Shown in pieces: positions 45,981 to 52,440 of a DNA stretch of 64,000 bases (its first letter is position 1; every line of letters begins with the position of its first letter). Made by a program: the position numbers and the translations under genes. The DNA comes from a virus: IMG/VR virus record IMGVR_UViG_3300034072_000758, positions 427,030-491,029 of that record. One strand, written 5' to 3'. The notes beneath the pieces are model-generated. The model did not search any database and was not told the DNA's origin. It saw nothing but the letters and a program-made list of their open reading frames with translations.

Positions 45981-46112
45981 ATGTTCATCACCAACGAAAT
46001 GCGCAACTGGCTGAACAGCCAATCAATCCAAGACCTCCGCGATGCCCTGCGGGCCGACATAGGCGATCTGGCTCAGGTCATCCGCGACGAACTCAATCTG
46101 CGGACGGCCTAA
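45981..46112 (+). CDS. small hypothetical protein (43 aa)
   Basis: ORF 45930..46112 trimmed to the ATG with a strong AAGGAGA RBS. Confidence 0.4.
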   Translation: MFITNEMRNWLNSQSIQDLRDALRADIGDLAQVIRDELNLRTA

Positions 46113-46321
46113 TGTTCGACTGGTATCTCGTGAAGCCCGGTCGATATGAAAACGCCGAAAAGACAAGGGCGCTGGTATTCTCCGATGACGGTGCCGTCTG
46201 GTGGAATGTCCCGGCTGTAAAGACTGGACCGGGATATAACCTTGGTGACATGTGTGGGCCTTACAGAGAGGCCGAACACGCTGGGACACTCGATCAAGCG
46301 CCGGTTCTCCCACCACTATAA
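46112..46321 (+). CDS. hypothetical protein (69 aa)
   Basis: TAATG coupling. Followed by a bidirectional terminator. Confidence 0.45.
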   Translation: MFDWYLVKPGRYENAEKTRALVFSDDGAVWWNVPAVKTGPGYNLGDMCGPYREAEHAGTLDQAPVLPPL

Positions 46322-46350
46322 AAAAGCCCGCTTCAAGCGGGCTTTTTTTA
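46321..46350. terminator. bidirectional rho-independent terminator (A-run, GCCCGCTT-caa-GCGGGC, T-run)
   Basis: Seen directly between convergent genes. Confidence 0.7.
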
Positions 46351-47538
46351 ATAATTTGCTAATATGTTTCTATAATATTTTAAATACAAGTTCGAGTTTC
46401 CCGAAACGTTATTCATAGTTACAATAATATCCAGATTGTCTATGTAAAACCTCACAAATTCGGTAGCATCAATTGGTAATGTGACATCACTTAACATGCT
46501 TATGGAACGAAGTGCCGAGTCATAATAATAAATCTCGTGTGGCGCACTAGGAGAACTTGAATTTTTCATATTTGTTATGATCAAATATTTGTTAGTTCGA
46601 TTTGATATTTTATGTATATGGCTGTTCCCATTACTTATTATGCTTCTGGTATAATTGTTTATATTGCCCTGTAACGAACTCGTCTCATCGGTTACAACGG
46701 ACGTAGAGGGGTTATAAGAAAAATAGGAAAATTGAGGATGCGTTACGCTGCTTGAACCATGATGTAGCAACAATTCATTGTTGGCCGGGGATAACATCGC
46801 GCGAGACGCAAGGTTACCAGATACAAAGGTATATGGGCTTGTGTATGTTTGTTCATACGTGATGCCGGTAGACGTATTGAACTTGAAGAAATATAAATAG
46901 CTTCCATTCATATTCCACATCACAAAAGTGTCGTCATTAATCCATTCTACTTCACACACCGCACCAAATGAGCTATAACCCGGAATACCGGTAGGCACAG
47001 TAATAGTAAAATTAGAAGCCGGGGTCAAAACCGTTACATATACCGTTCCACTAAGAACACTCGCCGTAGCCGCCCAATCATTTGTTTTATGCCAACCATT
47101 TGCGGTAGTCGTACTCGCAGCCGAGGTAGCATGGTAAATAGAGCGTGATGTCGATGTAGAGGCAAATGGAAATGTTGTTAACACATCAGAACCACTTACA
47201 GTTGTCTGTGGATAACCACCAAAAACCGAGGGTTTATGAAGCGCTCTCGTAAAAGTAAAAGGACCACTACTATAAAAACCTGATGAATTTGCGGTATCTT
47301 TCACATACAAATCGGTCCCGGTATTCAACATAATAGCATATCTTATACCAGACACATAATAGCCGCTCGAAGCAGTGGTTGTATCTTTTCCGTATGAATA
47401 CAGGCCATTTACCATTGGTGCTGTACTTGGGTGTACTTTACCATTAAAGCTTACAAAATACGGGGTGTGATCAAACCTCGTACTTGAGGTCTGAGCGGGC
47501 GATGTACTTTTTCCTTCAACCAAATAATGATACAGCAT
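46348..47538 (-). CDS. fiber-like structural protein (Ser/Thr/Tyr/Asn-rich, 396 aa)
   Basis: Composition. ATGA-coupled to the upstream collagen-repeat gene. Confidence 0.5.
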   Translation of the reverse strand: MLYHYLVEGKSTSPAQTSSTRFDHTPYFVSFNGKVHPSTAPMVNGLYSYGKDTTTASSGYYVSGIRYAIMLNTGTDLYVKDTANSSGFYSSGPFTFTRALHKPSVFGGYPQTTVSGSDVLTTFPFASTSTSRSIYHATSAASTTTANGWHKTNDWAATASVLSGTVYVTVLTPASNFTITVPTGIPGYSSFGAVCEVEWINDDTFVMWNMNGSYLYFFKFNTSTGITYEQTYTSPYTFVSGNLASRAMLSPANNELLLHHGSSSVTHPQFSYFSYNPSTSVVTDETSSLQGNINNYTRSIISNGNSHIHKISNRTNKYLIITNMKNSSSPSAPHEIYYYDSALRSISMLSDVTLPIDATEFVRFYIDNLDIIVTMNNVSGNSNLYLKYYRNILANY

Positions 47539-48818
47539 TATGAGAAGTTCTTCCCGATCTGGGTTAGAAGATACGTTAAACCGCCGTCATATGTAAATAC
47601 AGTGTAAACATCTACCGCACCATTCGACGTGGATTGTGTATACGTAACATTCTGGGGGGTTCTGGCCGATGCTGGCCATGTTACCGAAAATGCTCCGCCC
47701 CCCTGCCGCACCGCAACAATCGCAGTATATGTTCTGGATGTCGAAACCGCATTCGTGAAGGCAAAACTTGTAGCCCCGGTTAAGGTAATATTATAAAAAT
47801 AGTTAGCACCTAGATCGAGCGTAACAGTTCCAGACGCACTAGCAACCACCGCAACATTTTCATAAGTTGGCCCCATCGGACCTTGAATACCTTGAATGCC
47901 CTGAACACCTTGAATACCTTGAACACCTTGAATACCCTGAGCACCAGTATTACCTATAGGGCCTTGTATACCTTGTATACCTTGCGGACCTTGTGGTCCT
48001 TGCTCACCTCTAACATACCCAGCGTTCCCAATCGATCCATTGGAATATAGAATATTAAGCCAGCCGGTAATCGCGTTGGCCGAAACAATACCATTACCAT
48101 ATGGACCTGCTGGTCCGGTCGCGCCTTGGTTACCCTGTGGCCCCTGTGGGCCGATCACCGAACCAGCATCAATCGTCGCTCCCGTTGAGAGAGTCAGAAT
48201 AAGGCGTCCTGAGCCATTGACCACTGCTGCTGTAACACTGGTCCCACTTGGACCCACCACGGCACCGGCATTGATCACGGTTCCAGACGTAAGCGTCAGA
48301 TAAAGTTGACCGTTCGTAACTGTAGCAGACTGTACACCAACACCATTGGTCCCAGAAGCCCCATCTAAGCCCTTTACGTAGCCAGCATTGATCGTGAGGC
48401 CGTTGGACATATTAATGAAGAGATCGCCGCTCTGAGCTACGTATGCGCCTTGTACGCCTACACCGTTTTCACCCACAACATCACCCACGTCGATGACCGT
48501 GTTATCAGTCAAAGTGAAAATCAGATTTTGGTTCAGAATTTGCGCGTTGGAAACGCCGACGCCTTGCGGACCAGCCTCGCCAGTAGGAACGATCCCGGCA
48601 TCAATGACTGAGTTATCGGTCATGAGCATCAGAAGATGATTCTCACCGTTTACGTACTCAACGTATACGTTGGCAACACCCACCCCACGCGGGCCTTCTG
48701 GCCCCATAACAACAGGGATTTTATCGACCACGGCATTAGGTATTATCGTGTCGTTTGTATTGTTGAACATAACTGGTGGAGTACCACCGGGAAGACGGGC
48801 ATTGATAATATCTGGCAT
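47538..48818 (-). CDS. collagen-like triple-helix-repeat fiber protein
   Basis: Runs of G-X-Y triplets ([19 protein letters not shown]; [47 protein letters not shown]) encoded by 9-bp tandem DNA repeats at about 47880-47960. Confidence 0.7.
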   Translation of the reverse strand: MPDIINARLPGGTPPVMFNNTNDTIIPNAVVDKIPVVMGPEGPRGVGVANVYVEYVNGENHLLMLMTDNSVIDAGIVPTGEAGPQGVGVSNAQILNQNLIFTLTDNTVIDVGDVVGENGVGVQGAYVAQSGDLFINMSNGLTINAGYVKGLDGASGTNGVGVQSATVTNGQLYLTLTSGTVINAGAVVGPSGTSVTAAVVNGSGRLILTLSTGATIDAGSVIGPQGPQGNQGATGPAGPYGNGIVSANAITGWLNILYSNGSIGNAGYVRGEQGPQGPQGIQGIQGPIGNTGAQGIQGVQGIQGVQGIQGIQGPMGPTYENVAVVASASGTVTLDLGANYFYNITLTGATSFAFTNAVSTSRTYTAIVAVRQGGGAFSVTWPASARTPQNVTYTQSTSNGAVDVYTVFTYDGGLTYLLTQIGKNFS

Positions 48819-48843
48819 ACAGATATTTATTCAACAACATGAC

Positions 48844-48871
48844 TTGACAAAATATCAGGCTATGCTATCTT
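48844..48871 (+). promoter_or_regulatory. sigma70-like promoter TTGACA-N16-TATCTT driving a non-coding unit
   Basis: Seen directly. Confidence 0.5.
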
Positions 48872-48877
48872 ATACTT

Positions 48878-49346
48878 GTCCCTCCGCTATTGGGTCGTGT
48901 GAACATTCTAGGTAAGTAACACGTTCTCATACAGGCTCGCGGTTAAGTCTATGGGTGATCTGAGTGGCCTAAGATGTATGTGGTTCGATTCCACTATGGG
49001 ATACCAATTCGCTCAAATGAGCAAACGAATTGTTGTTTAAAGGGTGTATGGAGGCACGTTCTGTCCGAGTGGGGACAGAAAGGCGGGGGTTCGAATCCCC
49101 GTTGTCCGAATCAGGTGGTGTTTTCGAGGGAGACCTTGGAAATGTGGGTTCGAGTCCCACAGAGACAGAACAACAGACCAACGGCGAGAGTTGCGTATCT
49201 ATAAGTTCAGGCCCGAAAGGGATAGAGTGAAGCTGAGGATGCCGCGAAGGAAGTAAGCGCGGATTCGATGACGCTGAAACGAATATTACACCCTGACGCT
49301 CTCAATGATTAGGCCCTCGGACATACCATCCGAGGGCCTTTTTTAT
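48878..49346 (+). ncRNA. promoter-to-terminator non-coding transcription unit containing three tRNA T-arm/acceptor-like hairpins (GTGG-TTCGATT-CCAC...GGGATACCA; CGGGGG-TTCGAAT-CCCCG; GTGGG-TTCGAGT-CCCAC) that do not form canonical cloverleaves
   Basis: No ORF with a start/RBS. T-loop consensus three times on the plus strand. One hairpin can form an acceptor/T minihelix (GGACAG...CGGGGGTTCGAATCCCCG-TTGTCC). Strong terminator at 49311-49346. Confidence 0.4.
49311..49346 (+). terminator. rho-independent terminator (AGGCCCTCGG-loop-CCGAGGGCCT + TTTTTT)
   Basis: Seen directly. Confidence 0.7.
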
Positions 49347-49675
49347 ATGTATAGCAACACGTCCATTAAAAGATTATCTATACATTCCACCGAGGGCTTG
49401 TCCGTGTGCGGGAAATTAGTGTACATCAAACGATTATCATTGAACGTAAATTCATACTTATATTCTTGAATACCATTATTTCTAAGCTTATACGTGATGT
49501 CATCAATAAAAATCTCCCAAATAAAAACCGAATCAATTTTGTCTATTTCAATACGTTTATACTTATGTCCATAGCCCTCACGACATTGCGTCCATTTACC
49601 CAAGCTCTCTATTTGCTTAAAAGCATTTTCAAGAGACCTGAGTAAATGTCGTTGTTCCTGCGGTGTGTAAATCAT
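49343..49675 (-). CDS. hypothetical protein (110 aa) translationally coupled to the K+ channel gene
   Basis: ORF 49343..49894 trimmed to the Met at the ATGA overlap. Confidence 0.45.
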   Translation of the reverse strand: MIYTPQEQRHLLRSLENAFKQIESLGKWTQCREGYGHKYKRIEIDKIDSVFIWEIFIDDITYKLRNNGIQEYKYEFTFNDNRLMYTNFPHTDKPSVECIDNLLMDVLLYI

Positions 49676-50016
49676 TTCTTTTGAGACCGAATGTATTTCA
49701 GAATTTCTTCTTGTTCTTCGTGCGTGAACTCGTTGCGATTCTCGACCATCGTACTGATGATGCGACCGATCAACAAAGGCATAATGAAAAGAAGAATGAC
49801 GTGCATCAAGCCAGTCGCAATAAGCCGCCCAGCCAAAGTTGTGGGATACATGTCGCCGTAGCCGACCGTAGAGGCAGTCACGACGCACCACCAAAGACTA
49901 TCCCAGAAAGTCTTTCCTTCGGCCCACGAGTAGCCCAGAGCCGCCAGAAACACGATCAATACATACAGAGCAATAAGCTCACGGATCGTGTTTGTCGCCT
50001 TGATCAAATACTTCAT
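49672..50016 (-). CDS. viral-type potassium channel (2-TM/P-loop, Kcv-like, 114 aa)
   Basis: K+ selectivity filter TVGYGD (WWCVVTASTVGYGDMYPTT) between two hydrophobic helices. ORF 49672..50073 trimmed to the Met with an AAGGAGA RBS. Confidence 0.7.
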   Translation of the reverse strand: MKYLIKATNTIRELIALYVLIVFLAALGYSWAEGKTFWDSLWWCVVTASTVGYGDMYPTTLAGRLIATGLMHVILLFIMPLLIGRIISTMVENRNEFTHEEQEEILKYIRSQKK

Positions 50017-50075
50017 ACTATCTCCTTTTCTAATAGAGAAGCGCAGCATACTACTTTTTAATGGAAGCATCAAGA

Positions 50076-50357
50076 TCAGCCATGACGATATAATGCGTCA
50101 GACAACCAACCATCCCAATCATCGAATGGAGGAATGTTGTTGAGATCGACCACGAAGTAACGCATCAGGGCATTATCGACTGTGGCTTGCGCTCTGGCCT
50201 TCCAAACAGCTTTCGCTTCCTCGGAAGATGGATAGATACCTACCAAGTCGATTTTAGAAACATCTTTGAATTGGAGAGAATCGACGGAGACCAACTCTCC
50301 CCCAATCACCAAATACAACCACTGTCTTGTGTGAAAGCTGTCGGTTTCGTTGGTCAT
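50076..50357 (-). CDS. hypothetical protein
   Basis: ORF 50076..50414 trimmed to the first Met outside tRNA-Trp. Confidence 0.45.
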   Translation of the reverse strand: MTNETDSFHTRQWLYLVIGGELVSVDSLQFKDVSKIDLVGIYPSSEEAKAVWKARAQATVDNALMRYFVVDLNNIPPFDDWDGWLSDALYRHG

Positions 50358-50383
50358 ATTCCAGTCCTTGTGATCAAAGTATT

Positions 50384-50460
50384 TTGGCAGGGGTGGAGAG
50401 ATTCGAACTCCCATCGCGCAGTTTTGGAGACTGCCGCTCTAACCGTTGGAGCTACACCCC
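50384..50460 (-). tRNA. tRNA-Trp (anticodon CCA), CCA encoded
   Basis: Minus strand: acceptor AGGGGTG/CACCCCT, D-arm GCTC-CAACGGTTA-GAGC, anticodon stem GCAGT/ACTGC with loop CTCCAAA, T-arm GGGAG-TTCGAAT-CTCTC. Confidence 0.75.
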
Positions 50461-50473
50461 TATAGGCGATCAA

Positions 50474-50752
50474 TCACTTGACCGCAAAGGAAGAAATGAG
50501 CTTACAACTCGTTTTTACAAACCCTACATAACGAGGGTCCGAGAAACGGTCGAAGTCATTCAAATAATCGAAGTCCGCCTTGTCGATTTCATACACATGA
50601 TATTCGACGGCTGGTGAATGCTGTTCTACAACCGTAAAACTACGGTCGCTTCTCAAGCCACGTTCTTTATCTGCGATCTTCACAGCTTCAATCGGCCTTA
50701 AGTTATTCGTCAAGGCGACGATATGATTTTGATTCAAAACAGCGGTACGCAT
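50474..50752 (-). CDS. hypothetical protein
   Basis: 92-aa ORF between tRNAs. Confidence 0.45.
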   Translation of the reverse strand: MRTAVLNQNHIVALTNNLRPIEAVKIADKERGLRSDRSFTVVEQHSPAVEYHVYEIDKADFDYLNDFDRFSDPRYVGFVKTSCKLISSFAVK

Positions 50753-50812
50753 ACTATTACTCCTTACCCGACATTAATAATTTATTTACATTATCAAAGT
50801 CAATTTTATTTT

Positions 50813-50903
50813 TGGAGGACGTGGTGGGACTCGAACCCACGGTGGTCTATGTTACGACAACAGGTTAAGAGCCTGTCCCTCTCGCCGCTGAGGTGACACG
50901 TCC
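50813..50903 (-). tRNA. atypical type-II (long variable arm) tRNA with lysine anticodon CUU; chimeric derivative of the canonical tRNA-Lys(CUU) at 51517-51593
   Basis: 5' GGACGTG-TCA-CCTC-AGCGGCGA-GAGG-G-ACAGG-CTCTTAA-CCTGT-[TGTCGTAACATAGACCACC]-GTGGG-TTCGAGT-CCCAC-CACGTCC-T-CCA. Acceptor stem, T-arm and anticodon loop are identical to the canonical Lys(CUU). It adds a Ser/Tyr-like D-arm and a 19-nt variable arm. Confidence 0.55.
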
Positions 50904-50997
50904 GTATCAAAAATGTAGGGAGATCGGGTTCACCACAATCATGCTGGTACACAAGGTCGTCACATGATTAGTAACCCACTAGGGCATGGCTCCAGCT

Positions 50998-51074
50998 TGG
51001 TGAACACGGTGGGGGTCGAACCCACGACCTACTGATTAAAAGTCAGTTGCTCTACCTACTGAGCTACGTGTTCG
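50998..51074 (-). tRNA. tRNA-Lys (anticodon UUU), canonical, CCA encoded
   Basis: GAACACG-TA-GCTC-AGTAGGTA-GAGC-A-ACTGA-CTTTTAA-TCAGT-AGGTC-GTGGG-TTCGACC-CCCAC-CGTGTTC-A-CCA. Confidence 0.75.
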
Positions 51075-51154
51075 TGCGCCCTGTCGGACTCGAACCGACA
51101 CTCGTTAGAAGCAGATTTTAAGTCTGCCGGGTCTACCAATTTCCCCAAGGGCGC
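51075..51154 (-). tRNA. tRNA-Leu (anticodon UAA), type II
   Basis: Acceptor GCGCCCT/AGGGCGC, Leu-type D-arm, anticodon stem GCAGA/TCTGC with loop CTTAAAA, 13-nt variable arm, T-arm GTCGG-TTCGAGT-CCGAC. Confidence 0.7.
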
Positions 51155-51204
51155 TTAGGTACTTTTCTTGTAAACATCAAAGATGATTTTGGCAACATCT
51201 TTGT

Positions 51205-51280
51205 TGGCGAGGATAGAAGGATTCGAACCTCCGACACATGCGTTCGAAGCGCATTGCTCTGTCCACTGAGCTATATCCCC
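51205..51280 (-). tRNA. tRNA-Arg (anticodon UCG), CCA encoded
   Basis: GGGGATA-TA-GCTC-AGTGGACA-GAGC-A-ATGCG-CTTCGAA-CGCAT-GTGTC-GGAGG-TTCGAAT-CCTTC-TATCCTC-G-CCA. Confidence 0.7.
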
Positions 51281-51281
51281 G

Positions 51282-51366
51282 TGCGCCGAGAGGGATTCGA
51301 ACCCTCATACCATTACGGTGTCCGTTTTTGAAACGGGTGCGTCTACCAAAGTTCCGCCACCAGCGC
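51282..51366 (-). tRNA. tRNA-Leu (anticodon CAA), type II
   Basis: Acceptor GCGCTGG/TCGGCGC (two G-U pairs), D-arm GCG-GAACTTTGGTAGA-CGC, anticodon loop TTCAAAA, T-arm GAGGG-TTCGAAT-CCCTC. Confidence 0.65.
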
Positions 51367-51417
51367 ATAGAAAACCTTTAATATAGATCGTTATCCACAT
51401 CCATATTAAAGGTTATG

Positions 51418-51501
51418 AGGATGTAGAGGGACTCGAACCCCCGATGGTCTTTTGACAACGGATTAAAAGCCCGTCCCTCTCGCCGCTGAGGTGATACATC
51501 C
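51418..51501 (-). tRNA. atypical type-II (long variable arm) tRNA with lysine anticodon UUU
   Basis: 5' GGATGTA-TCA-CCTC-AGCGGCGA-GAGG-G-ACGGG-CTTTTAA-TCCGT-[TGTCAAAAGACCATC]-GGGGG-TTCGAGT-CCCTC-TACATCC-T. The 22-nt D-region TCACCTCAGCGGCGAGAGGGAC is identical to the other atypical tRNA. Confidence 0.55.
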
Positions 51502-51516
51502 ATAGTAGTATTTGTT

Positions 51517-51593
51517 TGGAGGACGTGGTGGGACTCGAACCCACAACATTCGGTTTAAGAGACCGACGCTCTAACCATTGTAGCTACACGTCC
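51517..51593 (-). tRNA. tRNA-Lys (anticodon CUU), canonical, CCA encoded
   Basis: GGACGTG-TA-GCTA-CAATGGTTA-GAGC-G-TCGGT-CTCTTAA-ACCGA-ATGTT-GTGGG-TTCGAGT-CCCAC-CACGTCC-T-CCA. Confidence 0.75.
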
Positions 51594-51610
51594 GTATCAA
51601 ACAAATACTG

Positions 51611-51683
51611 CGCGGATCAAGGGACTCGAACCCATAACCCTCTGTTTAGAAGACAGATGCTCGTCCAATTGAGCTTCATCCGC
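51611..51683 (-). tRNA. tRNA-Arg (anticodon UCU)
   Basis: Acceptor GCGGATG/GATCCGC (one mismatch), anticodon stem TCTGT/ACAGA with loop CTTCTAA, T-loop TTCGAGT. Stems are slightly imperfect. Confidence 0.55.
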
Positions 51684-51692
51684 ATAGTAGTG

Positions 51693-51778
51693 TGTGCCGA
51701 GGGGGACTCGAACCCCCACGCCCATTACAGGCCCCGGTTTCTGAAACCGGGAAGTCTACCAAATTTCATCATCAGCAC
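51693..51778 (-). tRNA. tRNA-Leu (anticodon CAG), type II
   Basis: Acceptor GTGCTGA/TCGGCAC, anticodon stem CCGGT/ACCGG with loop TTCAGAA, long variable arm, T-arm GGGGG-TTCGAGT-CCCCC. Confidence 0.65.
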
Positions 51779-51803
51779 GTATGCTCTTTCGAGCAAAGTC
51801 TTG

Positions 51804-51883
51804 TACGGGTGAGAGGACTCGAACCTCCACGATTGCTCGCTAGAACCTAAACCTAGTGCGTCTACCAGTTTCGCCACACCCGC
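51804..51883 (-). tRNA. tRNA-Leu (anticodon UAG), type II
   Basis: Acceptor GCGGGTG/CACCCGT, D-arm GCG-AAACTGGTAGA-CGC, anticodon stem CTAGG/TCTAG with loop TTTAGGT, T-arm GGAGG-TTCGAGT-CCTCT. Confidence 0.65.
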
Positions 51884-51884
51884 G

Positions 51885-51957
51885 CACTGCCAGTAGGACT
51901 CGAACCTACAACCTTCTGATTCGTAATCAGATGCTCATCCAGTTGAGCTATGGCAGC
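51885..51957 (-). tRNA. tRNA-Arg (anticodon ACG), copy 1
   Basis: GCTGCCA-TA-GCTC-AACTGGAT-GAGC-A-TCTGA-TTACGAA-TCAGA-AGGTT-GTAGG-TTCGAGT-CCTAC-TGGCAGT-G. Confidence 0.7.
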
Positions 51958-52081
51958 ATAAAGCAACAAGACGGTGGGGTTCGAACCCACAACCTTTCGG
52001 CTCCGACTTTGACCGCAACGGCTTTTCGCAAACCATTACGTGCGTGTGTATACCCATTCCACCACGCCAAGTTACTTCAAG
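51958..52081 (-). other. unassigned 124-nt spacer inside the tRNA array containing a T-arm-like palindrome GTGGGGTTCGAACCCAC but no foldable acceptor/anticodon arms
   Basis: Could not be folded into a cloverleaf on either strand. All other spacers in the array are 0-15 nt. Confidence 0.3.
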
Positions 52082-52166
52082 TGTCCATGAAAGGATTCGA
52101 ACCTTCACGCCCATTACAGGCAACAGCCTCTCAAGCTGCCGTGGCTACCAATTACACCACACGGAC
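52082..52166 (-). tRNA. tRNA-Leu (anticodon GAG), type II
   Basis: Acceptor GTCCGTG/CATGGAC, D-arm GTG-TAATTGGTAGC-CAC, anticodon stem GCAGC/GCTGT with loop TTGAGAG, T-arm GAAGG-TTCGAAT-CCTTT. Confidence 0.65.
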
Positions 52167-52175
52167 ATACGCAAG

Positions 52176-52292
52176 TGCGTTCGGGAGGATTCGAACCTCC
52201 AACCTCTATACTCGTTTGATCGTCATCCGACCAGTATAGCGGTATCCAACCCTCTAATGGGCTGGCGTGGCTACCAATTTCACCACGAGCGC
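52176..52292 (-). tRNA. atypical 117-nt Leu-like type-II tRNA with a non-canonical anticodon region (CCAGCCC-ATTAGA-GGGTTGG) and an oversized variable region; possible pseudogene, suppressor-like or insert-containing tRNA
   Basis: Acceptor GCGCTCG/CGAACGC (one C-A mismatch), Leu-type D-arm TG-GTG-AAATTGGTAGC-CAC, T-arm GGAGG-TTCGAAT-CCTCC. The middle section has a 7-bp stem, a 6-nt loop and a second 7-bp hairpin CTATACT...AGTATAG. Confidence 0.4.
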
Positions 52293-52302
52293 ATATTACG
52301 AG

Positions 52303-52377
52303 CGGGACTGGCAGGATTCGAACCTGCGACCTTCGGTTTCGTAGACCGGCGCTCTTATTCCGCTGAGCTACAGTCCC
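52303..52377 (-). tRNA. tRNA-Arg (anticodon ACG), copy 2 (different body)
   Basis: GGGACTG-TA-GCTC-AGCGGAATAA-GAGC-G-CCGGT-CTACGAA-ACCGA-AGGTC-GCAGG-TTCGAAT-CCTGC-CAGTCCC-G. Confidence 0.6.
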
Positions 52378-52404
52378 GTAATACTTTGATTCACAATGTA
52401 AAAG

Positions 52405-52440
52405 AACATAGAAAAACCCCCAAAAGCGTATTGCTCTTGG
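52405..52440 (-). terminator. hairpin CCCCCAAgagcaatacgcTTTTGGGGG + TTTTT (minus strand) separating the HNH gene transcript from the tRNA array; upstream of it are leader hairpins (52457-52487) and a probable tRNA-array promoter
   Basis: Seen directly. Confidence 0.45.

Noticed and set aside
48878-49346. tmRNA (possibly permuted) hypothesis for the T-arm-rich non-coding unit
   Set aside because: No tag-peptide reading frame ending in ...ALAA or ...LAA followed by a stop was found in any frame. No convincing GGGG 5' acceptor pairs with the CCA-terminated strand. The possibility is kept only as a low-probability alternative in the finding.
50904-50997. Possible additional tRNA in the 94-nt gap between the atypical CUU tRNA and tRNA-Lys(UUU)
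   Set aside because: I could not find an acceptor stem or T-arm on either strand. It was left unannotated and is mentioned only in findings as a spacer.
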